Shown one piece after another: positions 40,460 through 49,798 of a stretch of DNA of 50,833 nucleotides. The notes under the pieces were generated by a model. It was not told the DNA's origin, did no database searches, and saw nothing but the letters and a program-made list of their open reading frames with translations. Position 1 is the stretch's first letter. Every line of letters starts with the position of its first letter. Position numbers and translations under genes: made by a program. Origin of the DNA: Clostridiales bacterium (GTDB lineage Bacteria; Bacillota; Clostridia; Oscillospirales; CAG-272). The DNA lies in the NCBI GenBank assembly GCA_016282315.1, contig JAEEKG010000014.1, forward strand, positions 1-50,833, given 5' to 3'.

Positions 40460-40867
40460 ATGATCGCAATAATATGTCTGGATGACAAAAACGGTTATTT
40501 ATTCAACAAAAGAAGACAGAGCAAAGATTCTGTTTTGAGAGAAAGAATCCTCTCTCTTGCCTGCGAGTCAAAGTTGTGGATGAATGCATATACTCAAAAA
40601 CAATTTGAAGAACAGACAGGCTCATTTATCGAAGTGAGTGAAGACTTTGCCGATTCTGCTCAAAACGGAGAGTATTGTTTTTTTGAAAATGTTTCTCCGA
40701 CTGATTATGAGAATAAAATCGAAAAAGTCATCATTTTCAAATGGAACAAAGTATACCCGTCTGATGTTAAATTCAATATGGATCTTAGTGATTTTAAATT
40801 GGTCTCACAGGAAGATTTCAAGGGTTCTTCCCATGACAAGATAACGATGGAGGTTTATGTAAAATGA
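40460..40867 (+). CDS. Conserved hypothetical protein, possibly DHFR-like fold
   Basis: 135 aa with a GAGG SD; overlaps the next gene. IICLDDKNG..FN and YPSDVKF are reminiscent of DHFR termini. Confidence 0.7.
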   Translation: MIAIICLDDKNGYLFNKRRQSKDSVLRERILSLACESKLWMNAYTQKQFEEQTGSFIEVSEDFADSAQNGEYCFFENVSPTDYENKIEKVIIFKWNKVYPSDVKFNMDLSDFKLVSQEDFKGSSHDKITMEVYVK

Positions 40868-41700
40868 AAAAGAATTTCAAAGTTATTCTGTTAGCTGTTG
40901 TTATGGCTTTGTCTATAGTTGTGCTCACTGCATGCAACATAGACTTCAATAATCTTAAAGGCGAAATTGAAGGTTTTATCAGTGACATTTTCACTGATGA
41001 AAAAACCACAACAAGCACCCCTTCCAATGTTAATGTAGAGGGCAATTTTAAAGCTTCGGATATTCCTGCTTTTACAGGTGAAGCGTATGTGAGCATAAAT
41101 GGTTCAATACCGTTTTTTACAGATGATGAGAAAAACACAAAGGTGTTTGAAACATATTCACCTTTAGATAGTTTGGGCAGGTGCGGAGTTGCATATGCAA
41201 ACATATGCAAAGAATTAATGCCCACAGAAGAAAGAGGAGCAATAGGAAGTGTAAAGCCTTCCGGATGGAGTCAGGTAAAATACAGCTTCGTAGATGGACA
41301 ATATCTGTACAACAGATGTCATTTGATAGGATTCCAACTTGCTGGTGAAAATGCAAACCCACTAAACCTCATTACAGGAACCAGATATCTGAACATTGAA
41401 GGAATGTTACCTTTTGAAAACTTGGTTGATGACTATGTCGATGAGACAAAGAATCACGTTTTATACAGGGTTACTCCGATTTATGAAGGAAATGATCTTG
41501 TATGCAGAGGAGTATTGATGGAAGGCTTCTCAGTTGAAGATGACGGCGAAGGAGTATGCTTCTGCGTATTTGCTTACAACGTTCAGCCTGGAGTTAAAAT
41601 CAATTACGCAGACGGATCAAGTACACTAGATGGAACAAAAACCGAAATAACGGAAATAAGTTTTCTGTTTTTTGAAGTTACAAAAGAGTATATATATTGA
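40864..41700 (+). CDS. Lipoprotein DNA/RNA non-specific endonuclease (EndA-like, His-Me finger)
   Basis: Lipobox LTA-C, LDSLGRCG, YNRCHLIG, NLITGTRYLN..GM..FE, YRVTP, NVQPG. Confidence 0.9.
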   Translation: MKKNFKVILLAVVMALSIVVLTACNIDFNNLKGEIEGFISDIFTDEKTTTSTPSNVNVEGNFKASDIPAFTGEAYVSINGSIPFFTDDEKNTKVFETYSPLDSLGRCGVAYANICKELMPTEERGAIGSVKPSGWSQVKYSFVDGQYLYNRCHLIGFQLAGENANPLNLITGTRYLNIEGMLPFENLVDDYVDETKNHVLYRVTPIYEGNDLVCRGVLMEGFSVEDDGEGVCFCVFAYNVQPGVKINYADGSSTLDGTKTEITEISFLFFEVTKEYIY

Positions 41701-41741
41701 GACTGAAAGAATCAAAAATCGTCAAATAGTAGGTTAAACAT

Positions 41742-42476
41742 ATGTCAAAATGCGTTGTAATAACCGGAGGCTCAAGAGGCATAGGCAGAGAATGCGTTAT
41801 TAGGTTTGCCCAAAGCGGTTACGGTGTCATTTTCAGCTATTTAAAAGAAGAAGAAAAGGCGCAGGCGCTTCAGAACAGCTTGAATGAAGAAGGTTGCAAA
41901 GTTAAAGCCATTCAATCAGATGTTTCAAACAGTAAAGATTGCAGAATACTGATATCTAATGCAATTTGCGACTATGGCAAGATTGATGCATTGGTTTGCA
42001 ATGCGGGAATGTCTTTTTCCGAGTTATTGACTAAAACAAGTGATGAGCAACTTGATAAGATAATGAAGACAAATTTTAACGGAACATTCTATTGCTGCAG
42101 GGAAGCTGCAAAAGAGATGATTTCATCCGGAAAAGGTAGCATAGTTACTGTTTCTTCAATGTGGGGTGTTTCGGGTTCTTCATACGAATCAGCTTATTCT
42201 TCTTCAAAAGCAGCAATAATCGGTCTCAGCAAATCACTTGCCAAAGAGTTAGGACCTTCCGGAATTAGGGTCAATTGCGTTGCACCCGGAGTCATAGATA
42301 CAGACATGAACGCAATGTATTCAGACGAGGACATGAAGGTTTTGGCTGAAAAAACTCCTTTGGGCAGAATAGGTGATGCAAAAGAAGTAGCAGACCTTGT
42401 CTATTATTTAGCATCAGAAGAATCATCATTTGTTACAGGACAGGTGATTGGTTGTGATGGTGGGTTTAACATATAA
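41742..42476 (+). CDS. FabG-like SDR, probably YmfI/EfpI type
   Basis: TGGSRGIG, CNAG, SSMWG, YSSSK, LAKELGPSGIRVNCVAPG. Confidence 0.85.
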   Translation: MSKCVVITGGSRGIGRECVIRFAQSGYGVIFSYLKEEEKAQALQNSLNEEGCKVKAIQSDVSNSKDCRILISNAICDYGKIDALVCNAGMSFSELLTKTSDEQLDKIMKTNFNGTFYCCREAAKEMISSGKGSIVTVSSMWGVSGSSYESAYSSSKAAIIGLSKSLAKELGPSGIRVNCVAPGVIDTDMNAMYSDEDMKVLAEKTPLGRIGDAKEVADLVYYLASEESSFVTGQVIGCDGGFNI

Positions 42477-42492
42477 GTTTGGAGATAATTGA

Positions 42493-42819
42493 ATGGGGCT
42501 TTTCTCAAAGAAAAAACCGGAAGACAAGTTGCCGTTTAAGAGAAAGATGGCAGAAAGAGTTTGCAATGCTAAACTCAGATATGTGACGGAATGGATTGAT
42601 GGAAAAGAGAATGTCATTTGTCATGGAGGCATGGCTAATATCCGTGATGACATCTTGATTATTTCGTCTCAGGACAAAGATATATTCAGATGCAAAATAA
42701 GTGATATGAAGGCATCTAATTTAATGTCTTTGGACGGAACAATTATTGAAGCTTGTGACTTATCTCATGATAACAAATATAGAAAAATAACGGTGTTTTA
42801 CGTTTATTACAGAGATTGA
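42493..42819 (+). CDS. Hypothetical protein
   Basis: 108 aa with a GGAG SD and operon-like spacing on both sides. Confidence 0.7.
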   Translation: MGLFSKKKPEDKLPFKRKMAERVCNAKLRYVTEWIDGKENVICHGGMANIRDDILIISSQDKDIFRCKISDMKASNLMSLDGTIIEACDLSHDNKYRKITVFYVYYRD

Positions 42820-42831
42820 AAGGGTTTATTT

Positions 42832-45800
42832 ATGGACAATGTTTCAGAAGTTCAGAATAACGAACAAACAGAAGTGACAACTGAGCAGAGTGAAGTTGTG
42901 ACAGAAAAGAAAGAAAAGAAGAAAAGTTTGTGGAAGCGATTTTGCGAATGGGAATATTCGTACTTGATTCTGTGCTTTTTCCTTCCATTTTTAATTCTTT
43001 TTGCTGCTTATGCAGGACTTGGCACACATCCATTCGGTAACAATTCTGTTCTGACTTTGGATTTGCAGGGTCAATACATTTATTATTTCGAGGCTGTCAG
43101 GGACAACTTGCTCAAAGGCGGAAGTTGGCTTTATTCATGGCAGAGAACTCTCGGTGGCGAGTTCATGGGTATCGTCGACTACTACATGGGTAGTTTCTTT
43201 AACCTTGTTATAGTATTATTCCCAAAGAAGCTTATTGCAGATGCAGTAATGTTTATAGAATTGCTCAAGGTCGGTTCGATGGGCGTTACATTCGGTTATT
43301 ATCTGCATAAAACAAGAAGACCGGGATCATATAAAACAATAGCTTTCTCAATGATGTACGCTTTGTGCGCATATTCAATTGTCAACCTGATGAACCCCAT
43401 GTGGCTTGACGCTGTATTGCTTCTCCCTTTGGTAATCCTCGGTGTTGAAAGATTGATAAGATATAAAAAAGTCGGTCTGTACATAGGCTCACTCGCACTC
43501 GTATTCATAACAAACTACTATATAGGCTACATGGTAGGTATTTTTACATTCCTCTACTACGTTTATTACAGCTTTATAATTGATCCGGAATTGAGCGCAG
43601 GCAGAAAACGCAAAGAGAAATTCCTTGAAAACACACATGTTAAAAACTTTATAAGATTTGCTATAAGCACGGTAATTGCTCTTTTAATAGGTGCATTTTG
43701 GCTTTACTCAGCATACTATTCACTACAGTTTGGTAAGATAGGATTTTCAAATCCGACATTTGATTTCAGCCTGAAGTTTGATTTGATGGACTTCTTTATT
43801 AAAATGCTTCCTGGCAGTTATGACACAGTACATCCAAATGGTCTTCCGATGGTCTACAGTGGTATTCTTGCTCTTGTATGTCTACCGTTGTTCTTTATAT
43901 CCAAGAAGGTATCCAGAAGACATAAAGTCGCAGCAGGCGGCATGCTTGTAGTACTGTTCTTCAGTATGCTCGTTAATTCATTCGATTTGGTTTGGCATGG
44001 TTTCTCAGCTCCAAACTGGTTGAATGCAAGATATTCATTTGTTTTCTCATTCTTTGTAATTGTTATGGCTGTTGATGCATTCAACGGTTTAAAGGATATA
44101 AAGATTGGAACAGTTGCAGGTGTTACCGGAGCTTTGGTTCTAGCGGTAATGCTGATACAAAAACTCGACATCGTCTGGGATCAGGGTGATGACAAATTAC
44201 CTCTTGATGATGCGGGATGTATTCTTCTCTCGGTTGTTTTGCTGATTGTATACATACTCGTAATCGACTTTATGAGAAGAGACAAGACAAAGTCGACTGC
44301 AGGATTCATTTTAGTGGTTATAGTTGCTGCAGAAATGTTTGCTTCTTCAATTATCACAATCGGTTTTATACATGAAGACGTTGGTGTGACAAGATATAAC
44401 AACTATTTGTCTTCATCAGGAAAAACAGAATATTATTCATCATATAATGGCAGTATCCAGAGAATAGAAGGAGTTGTTAATTCAGTACTTGAATCCGACA
44501 AATCCCTGTACAGAATGGAAAGCACTGTATACAGAAGAGCCGGAGGTAACAATGAGCCGATGGCATTTGGCTTTAACGGTATCTCTCACTCTACATCAAC
44601 ATTGAATAAACCAATCATCACAATGATGGCTAAACTTGGTTATTCATCCACATCGCACTGGACAAAATACATAGGAGGAACTCCGGTATCCGATGCTTTG
44701 CTCGGAATCAAATATGTCATCACAAAGAATGACACGTTAGATAAGAACATATACACTGTTGCCGCTAAAGGCAAAGAGTCATCTCAGTTACTTGTTACAG
44801 ACAATACTATTTATGCAATGAAAAACAACAAAGCGTTGTCATTTGCATACGGCGTCAGCGATAATTTCATAGATGACCTTACAGAGTCAATCTATCCCCC
44901 ATACATAACAGCTTTGGAATATCAGAACAAATTGATTAACTCCATGCTATCCGAAACAGATTATTCTTCAGGAGATATATTTGTAGGAATAACTGCAGCC
45001 ATAGATACAGTTGACTGCTCAATGAGTACATTTACTCAAAAACACAAATACGTATATAACGGTGAAGAGAAAACTGCTTCAAACATGTATTACAGTTTCT
45101 CATCACCGCAAAACGAAGATGCAAAAGTGGTATTTGATTTCACATCACCTATTACAGGTAAGATTTATTATCACTTCCCATCTGCAAACTTCGGCATGCA
45201 AGCTGATGTATATGTAAATGGAAAGTATTTGGTTGAGTATTTTACAAACGAGAGTACATGTGTATTGGAACTCGGAAGTTTTGTAGAGGGTGAAGCTGTA
45301 TCAGTTGAACTCAAGTTTAAAAAGACAAATATATATATTTCCAAAGCATCAAAACATTACTTCTATTACATTGATTACAAAGCATTGAATGATGCATTCT
45401 CATATTTGGAATCAAACGAACTCTATGTTGAGAGTTTCGGAAATGACTTCATAAAAGGTAATATCAACCTGACTGAAGGACAAGATCTGATTTTCACAAC
45501 AATTCCATATGACAAAGGCTGGAATGCTTATGTTGATGGAGTAAAAGTTGATACCGTTCAAGTTATGGATTGTATGTTGGCTGTTCCATCTACACCCGGT
45601 TATCACACAGTTGAATTGAGATATATGCCGACAGGATATCTCATCACAATGATTGTTTCTATTGTAGCTATAATAGGCTTCTTGGTATTCCTTGTCTTAT
45701 CTTTGAATAAGAAGGCCAGAAAGTGGTTCATGACGAAGGTTATGAAGAAGGAATATACTGAACAAGAAAAAGTGTTTGAAGACCTTTCACCTATTGGTGA

Positions 45801-45966
45801 GTATGAAAAAGAGTTCGGAGAATCAAAATATAAAAGCATTTTGTTCCCGGATGAAACAGACGAACAACCAAAACAAGAACAAAAAGACGAAAAAGAAAAT
45901 GAAGTAGTAACTGAAGAAGAAACTTCAGAAGAAGCTTCAGAAGAAAACAAAGAAAACAAAGAGTAA
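42832..45966 (+). CDS. YfhO-family (GT-C fold) membrane protein
   Basis: LDLQGQY, YYMGS.FN, WLDAVLLLP, NYYIGYM, WHGF..PN..ARYSF, TIPYDKGW.AYVDG, about 13 TM helices. Confidence 0.9.
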   Translation: MDNVSEVQNNEQTEVTTEQSEVVTEKKEKKKSLWKRFCEWEYSYLILCFFLPFLILFAAYAGLGTHPFGNNSVLTLDLQGQYIYYFEAVRDNLLKGGSWLYSWQRTLGGEFMGIVDYYMGSFFNLVIVLFPKKLIADAVMFIELLKVGSMGVTFGYYLHKTRRPGSYKTIAFSMMYALCAYSIVNLMNPMWLDAVLLLPLVILGVERLIRYKKVGLYIGSLALVFITNYYIGYMVGIFTFLYYVYYSFIIDPELSAGRKRKEKFLENTHVKNFIRFAISTVIALLIGAFWLYSAYYSLQFGKIGFSNPTFDFSLKFDLMDFFIKMLPGSYDTVHPNGLPMVYSGILALVCLPLFFISKKVSRRHKVAAGGMLVVLFFSMLVNSFDLVWHGFSAPNWLNARYSFVFSFFVIVMAVDAFNGLKDIKIGTVAGVTGALVLAVMLIQKLDIVWDQGDDKLPLDDAGCILLSVVLLIVYILVIDFMRRDKTKSTAGFILVVIVAAEMFASSIITIGFIHEDVGVTRYNNYLSSSGKTEYYSSYNGSIQRIEGVVNSVLESDKSLYRMESTVYRRAGGNNEPMAFGFNGISHSTSTLNKPIITMMAKLGYSSTSHWTKYIGGTPVSDALLGIKYVITKNDTLDKNIYTVAAKGKESSQLLVTDNTIYAMKNNKALSFAYGVSDNFIDDLTESIYPPYITALEYQNKLINSMLSETDYSSGDIFVGITAAIDTVDCSMSTFTQKHKYVYNGEEKTASNMYYSFSSPQNEDAKVVFDFTSPITGKIYYHFPSANFGMQADVYVNGKYLVEYFTNESTCVLELGSFVEGEAVSVELKFKKTNIYISKASKHYFYYIDYKALNDAFSYLESNELYVESFGNDFIKGNINLTEGQDLIFTTIPYDKGWNAYVDGVKVDTVQVMDCMLAVPSTPGYHTVELRYMPTGYLITMIVSIVAIIGFLVFLVLSLNKKARKWFMTKVMKKEYTEQEKVFEDLSPIGEYEKEFGESKYKSILFPDETDEQPKQEQKDEKENEVVTEEETSEEASEENKENKE

Positions 45967-45974
45967 AAAAATCA

Positions 45975-46002
45975 TTTAAGGCGGACTTGTGTCCGCCTTA
46001 AA
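45975..46002. terminator. Hairpin between yfhO and rqcH
   Basis: Perfect 12-bp stem TTTAAGGCGGAC / GTCCGCCTTAAA. No plus-strand U-tract. Confidence 0.5.
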
Positions 46003-46015
46003 CACTAAGGTATAT

Positions 46016-47752
46016 ATGGCTTTTGATGTAATATTTGCAAAGGCTCTTTCAGTTGAACTGAACAGAGACTTGAAAAACGCTAAAATTGAAAAGATTAATC
46101 AGCCTTCTTCGGATATGCTGGTGTTATCCATAAGAACAAGTGCCGGCCAGAAAAGACTGGTTATTTCCGCATCCGCATCATCTGCCAGAATTTGTTTTAC
46201 TGAAGAAAAAAACGAAAATCCTCAAACTCCACCCAATTTTTGCATTCAATTGAGAAAGCATCTGACAGGTGCCATTATAGACAGTGTAGATATATTGGGA
46301 TTTGACAGAGTCATTGAGATAAAAATGACGTCAAGAGATGAACTAGGATTTGACTGCAAAAAGAGTATAGTTTGTGAAATAATGGGCAAATACAGCAATA
46401 TAATACTTTGTTCATGTGAAGAATCAAACAGAAAAGTATTGGGTGTATTAAAACCCATAGATTTCTCTACAAGCAGCATTAGACAACTATTGATTGGGAT
46501 GAGTTATGAGCTGCCACCGGCACAGAATAAAACAAATCCTCTTTTTGAGACAAGAGAAGGATTTGAAACTAAAATATATGACAGTGATCCAAATGCCGGT
46601 TACAAATTCTTTATAAACAACTATCTTGGTTTTTCACCGGTTGTGTCTAGAGAATTGCTGTATAGAGCATATGGAAATGAAGAATTGAATATCAATCAAA
46701 AAGAAAGACTGTGGAATGAGTTTTCATCACTGATGGATAAAATCAAAAATGAAGATTTTTTGCCGTGTTGTGTAATTGAAGATGACAATCCGCTTGAGTT
46801 TTCATATTTAAGACTTACACAATTCGGAAAACAGGAAAGAGTATTCGATTCATTTTCCGAGTTACTTGAATTCTTCTACTTACAAAAGGAAAAAAATACC
46901 TTATTGAAGAACAGAATCGGTGGAACACTGAGTGTAGTTAATAACGCAATAAAAAAGACTGAAAAGAAAATAGGCATTTTTGAAGCAGAAATTCAAGAAA
47001 GCGAAGATGCGGATAAATACAGGCATTACGGAGAATTGTTGACAGGTTCGCTTTACATGTTAAAGAACAAAGCAGAATATGCTGATGTACCTGATTATTC
47101 AGGAGAACAAATCAAAACTGTCAGAGTCCCTCTTGATTACAAATATACTCCATCTCAAAATGCATCCAGATACTTTAAAAAATACAACAAGTTAAAATCA
47201 GCAAAGAAAAATGCAACCATACAACTTGAAAAGGCCCGCTTGGATCTGGAGTATCTACTGAGCGTAGTTAACTCTTTGAACATGTGTGAAAATTCTGCTG
47301 ATGTGTTGCAAATAAGAACCGAATTGATATCTTCGGGATATTTAAAGGATAAGGATTCTTTTAAAAAGAAAAAGGAACACGTCAATTCAATCCCTTTGGT
47401 GTTAAAGCTTACGAGTGGAAGAGTGGTAAGATGCGGAAAAAATAATATCCAAAATGAAGAATTGACACTGAAGTTTTCTAAAAAATCTGATATATGGTTT
47501 CACGTAAAAAGCGGAGCCGGAGCTCACGTAGTAATGGAGTGTCTGCCAGACGAAGAACCATCATCGGAAGAGTACACGCAGGCAGCAATGATAGCAGCAT
47601 ACTATTCGGATTTAAAAATGTCAGATAATGTACCTGTTGACTATGCAAGAATAAAGTATGTAAAAAAGCAGCCCGATTCTGCTCCCGGAAAAGTTATATA
47701 TACTGATTACTATACAGCTTATGTAAAACCATCACTTCCTATAACGGAATAA
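46016..47752 (+). CDS. rqcH: Ribosome quality-control factor RqcH (Rqc2/FbpA, NFACT)
   Basis: MAFD, KIEKINQP, LRKHL, FDRV, EIMGKYSNII, NASRYFKKYNKLK, GKNNIQN, WFHVK..GAHV. Confidence 0.92.
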   Translation: MAFDVIFAKALSVELNRDLKNAKIEKINQPSSDMLVLSIRTSAGQKRLVISASASSARICFTEEKNENPQTPPNFCIQLRKHLTGAIIDSVDILGFDRVIEIKMTSRDELGFDCKKSIVCEIMGKYSNIILCSCEESNRKVLGVLKPIDFSTSSIRQLLIGMSYELPPAQNKTNPLFETREGFETKIYDSDPNAGYKFFINNYLGFSPVVSRELLYRAYGNEELNINQKERLWNEFSSLMDKIKNEDFLPCCVIEDDNPLEFSYLRLTQFGKQERVFDSFSELLEFFYLQKEKNTLLKNRIGGTLSVVNNAIKKTEKKIGIFEAEIQESEDADKYRHYGELLTGSLYMLKNKAEYADVPDYSGEQIKTVRVPLDYKYTPSQNASRYFKKYNKLKSAKKNATIQLEKARLDLEYLLSVVNSLNMCENSADVLQIRTELISSGYLKDKDSFKKKKEHVNSIPLVLKLTSGRVVRCGKNNIQNEELTLKFSKKSDIWFHVKSGAGAHVVMECLPDEEPSSEEYTQAAMIAAYYSDLKMSDNVPVDYARIKYVKKQPDSAPGKVIYTDYYTAYVKPSLPITE

Positions 47753-47758
47753 CAAAAT

Positions 47759-47783
47759 AATGGCGCGATTTTATCGCGCCATT
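47759..47783. terminator. Bidirectional terminator
   Basis: AATGGCGCGAT-ttt-ATCGCGCCATT between convergent stops. Confidence 0.75.
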
Positions 47784-47787
47784 GCTG

Positions 47788-48303
47788 TTATTTTAAAAAT
47801 CTGGATATTTTGTCTCTGACATTGAAAAAATACAATTTCATCAATCTTGTATACATTATGTCAGCTAAAACAAACACTAAATTGCCAAGCACTAAATACA
47901 GAATCTTTTGCCATAATACATCTGGCAACTGCAGTATGTATGCAAAAACCAAGTAGGATATCACAAACATGACATTGATGTATACCATCTTAACAACCCA
48001 TGACCACACTTTGCCCAGTTTTTCAAACAGGTATTTTAGAGCTGGCCACAGACCAGTAAAGAATGCAAAACAAAAAGCTGCAAAGCTTTCCGGTCCCACA
48101 ATTAAAATGGACAATATGGATATGACAAGATATACTCCGATGCTCCATCCGATTCCGAATTCAGCTAGGCAAAAAAGTGGTATCAATGCAACTATAAATG
48201 CAACGGAGACATCAATGAATTGAAGGAAAGTGCCCAACAATATTAGCGCTACTCCGATTGAAGATAGTATTGCGCAAATGACTAGTTTTTTTGTTTTTTT
48301 CAT
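47788..48303 (-). CDS. Hypothetical multi-pass membrane protein
   Basis: About 171 aa with 5-6 TM helices. ATG overlaps the upstream stop (TGATG). Confidence 0.8.
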   Translation of the reverse strand: MKKTKKLVICAILSSIGVALILLGTFLQFIDVSVAFIVALIPLFCLAEFGIGWSIGVYLVISILSILIVGPESFAAFCFAFFTGLWPALKYLFEKLGKVWSWVVKMVYINVMFVISYLVFAYILQLPDVLWQKILYLVLGNLVFVLADIMYTRLMKLYFFNVRDKISRFLK

Positions 48304-48935
48304 CAACAACACCTAATTAGGTCTCCGCCCATTGATTCACAGCAGCAATCTGCACACAAAAGGGAAGAACAGCAATTACAAGTGTTACAACTGGATACTC
48401 TATCACTTTCATTGTCAAAATTCTGTGATTGACTTCTCATAGAGTTTAAAGCATCTCTATATTCATCGTTGTTAGGATCCATTGAAACAGCAGTGTTGAA
48501 AGATTTTGATGCTTCGTAATACCATCCTCTTGAAAGATAAACTCTGCCATACAAGTAGTGCCATTCAGCGTTTCTTCTTGGTGTGGGTATATTATTCAGT
48601 GCATTTTCAGCTTGAATGAATTCACCATTATCCAGCATCCTTCTGATTTCGATATATTCACCGCGGTCCATGTCATCACTGTATGCTTCTCCGTAGAAAT
48701 TAGAACCGTAATCGTTTCTTCTTTGATTCTGCTTTTGTGCCTTTTCCCTAATCTCACAGATTTCGTCATAAGCAGCATTGATTTCTTTCATTTTTTCGCT
48801 CGCCAAATCTGCCAATGGTGAATTGGCATAGTTGTCCGGGTGATATTTTTTTGCTAGTTCTCTGTAAGCTGACTTAATCTCTTCGTCTGTGGCATTGGGA
48901 GATACTCCCAATACAGTGTAGGGGTTTTTAGTCAT
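48303..48935 (-). CDS. J-domain protein with TPR-like repeat and Cys-rich C-terminus
   Basis: NPYTVLGV, IKSAYRELAKKYHPD, INAAYD, AEWHYLYG...AVSMDPNN and tail CNTCNCCSSLLCADCCCESMGGDLIRCC. Confidence 0.9.
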   Translation of the reverse strand: MTKNPYTVLGVSPNATDEEIKSAYRELAKKYHPDNYANSPLADLASEKMKEINAAYDEICEIREKAQKQNQRRNDYGSNFYGEAYSDDMDRGEYIEIRRMLDNGEFIQAENALNNIPTPRRNAEWHYLYGRVYLSRGWYYEASKSFNTAVSMDPNNDEYRDALNSMRSQSQNFDNESDRVSSCNTCNCCSSLLCADCCCESMGGDLIRCC

Positions 48936-49792
48936 TTCTTTGATTCCTTTTCTAATTCGCGTTTCAATGTGTTCTTCATTCCGGCGAGAATAATGTTCTC
49001 GGCGCAGGCATATAATTCAGGATCCGCAGTTTTTTCTATGAGTGCAAAGTCATTTTTAATTCGATTAAGTTCCAAAGACATTATCATTTCAAAGTCTTCT
49101 TTGAAAAACTGTTCTGCTTTTTCTTGAGATTCAAAAGCATATATAAAGGGATTATACGAACTATTTTTTAAATCTTTGTAATAGTCACACCTTGCATCTG
49201 CCAAATACACCCATTTTCCTACATGAATACCAATATCTTTAGCAATGAGCGCATTCTTCTCATCAAGTTTGTATGAAAGCAAGTCGCCTATCATTTGTCC
49301 AAACGCATCGGCCGGCTCGTCTATAGAACTGCACTTGTTGTCTTCAAAGGAAGAAAAGTATTTCATTCCTTTTTCGATAGTTTCTTTTACATATTTTTCT
49401 TTAGAACGTTTTGCAAATATAGATGTAAAAGGAGAAACCAAGACACTTGCGGCTTTTTTGAAGAATTTTTCGTCATGGATATTATCTTTGACCTTCATGT
49501 GTGCTAATACAGCTGAACAATAAGCCGTATATTTCAATTCTTCATTATCAAAAGCCATAATGTGTCGTTTTATTGGGTGAGGAAGGCATCTTCGTTTTAT
49601 CATCTTAACATGAGTTCCGGTCAAAGCCATTCTGACGATGGCAAAGAAAGTCATGTCATAAGAAAGAATTATTGAAGAAAAGCCGCCCGTGTTTTTGGAC
49701 AACGAGCGGCATAGACCACAGTATATGCCACGATAATATTCGTCTTCTCTTACTTTGAGTTCAGAACATAACGGCTTGACATAACCAAACAT
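48932..49792 (-). CDS. DUF5685-like conserved protein
   Basis: MFGYV, YCGLC, LSYDMTF, RCLPHP, DNIHD, DARCDYYKD...YNPF. Family assignment is from recall. Confidence 0.75.
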   Translation of the reverse strand: MFGYVKPLCSELKVREDEYYRGIYCGLCRSLSKNTGGFSSIILSYDMTFFAIVRMALTGTHVKMIKRRCLPHPIKRHIMAFDNEELKYTAYCSAVLAHMKVKDNIHDEKFFKKAASVLVSPFTSIFAKRSKEKYVKETIEKGMKYFSSFEDNKCSSIDEPADAFGQMIGDLLSYKLDEKNALIAKDIGIHVGKWVYLADARCDYYKDLKNSSYNPFIYAFESQEKAEQFFKEDFEMIMSLELNRIKNDFALIEKTADPELYACAENIILAGMKNTLKRELEKESKK

Positions 49793-49798
49793 AATTTG

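Noticed and set aside
39541-41700. NYN nuclease plus endonuclease as a defence island or toxin-antitoxin pair
   Set aside because: The genes are divergently transcribed, the endonuclease is a lipoprotein, and there are no mobility genes or obvious compositional shift.
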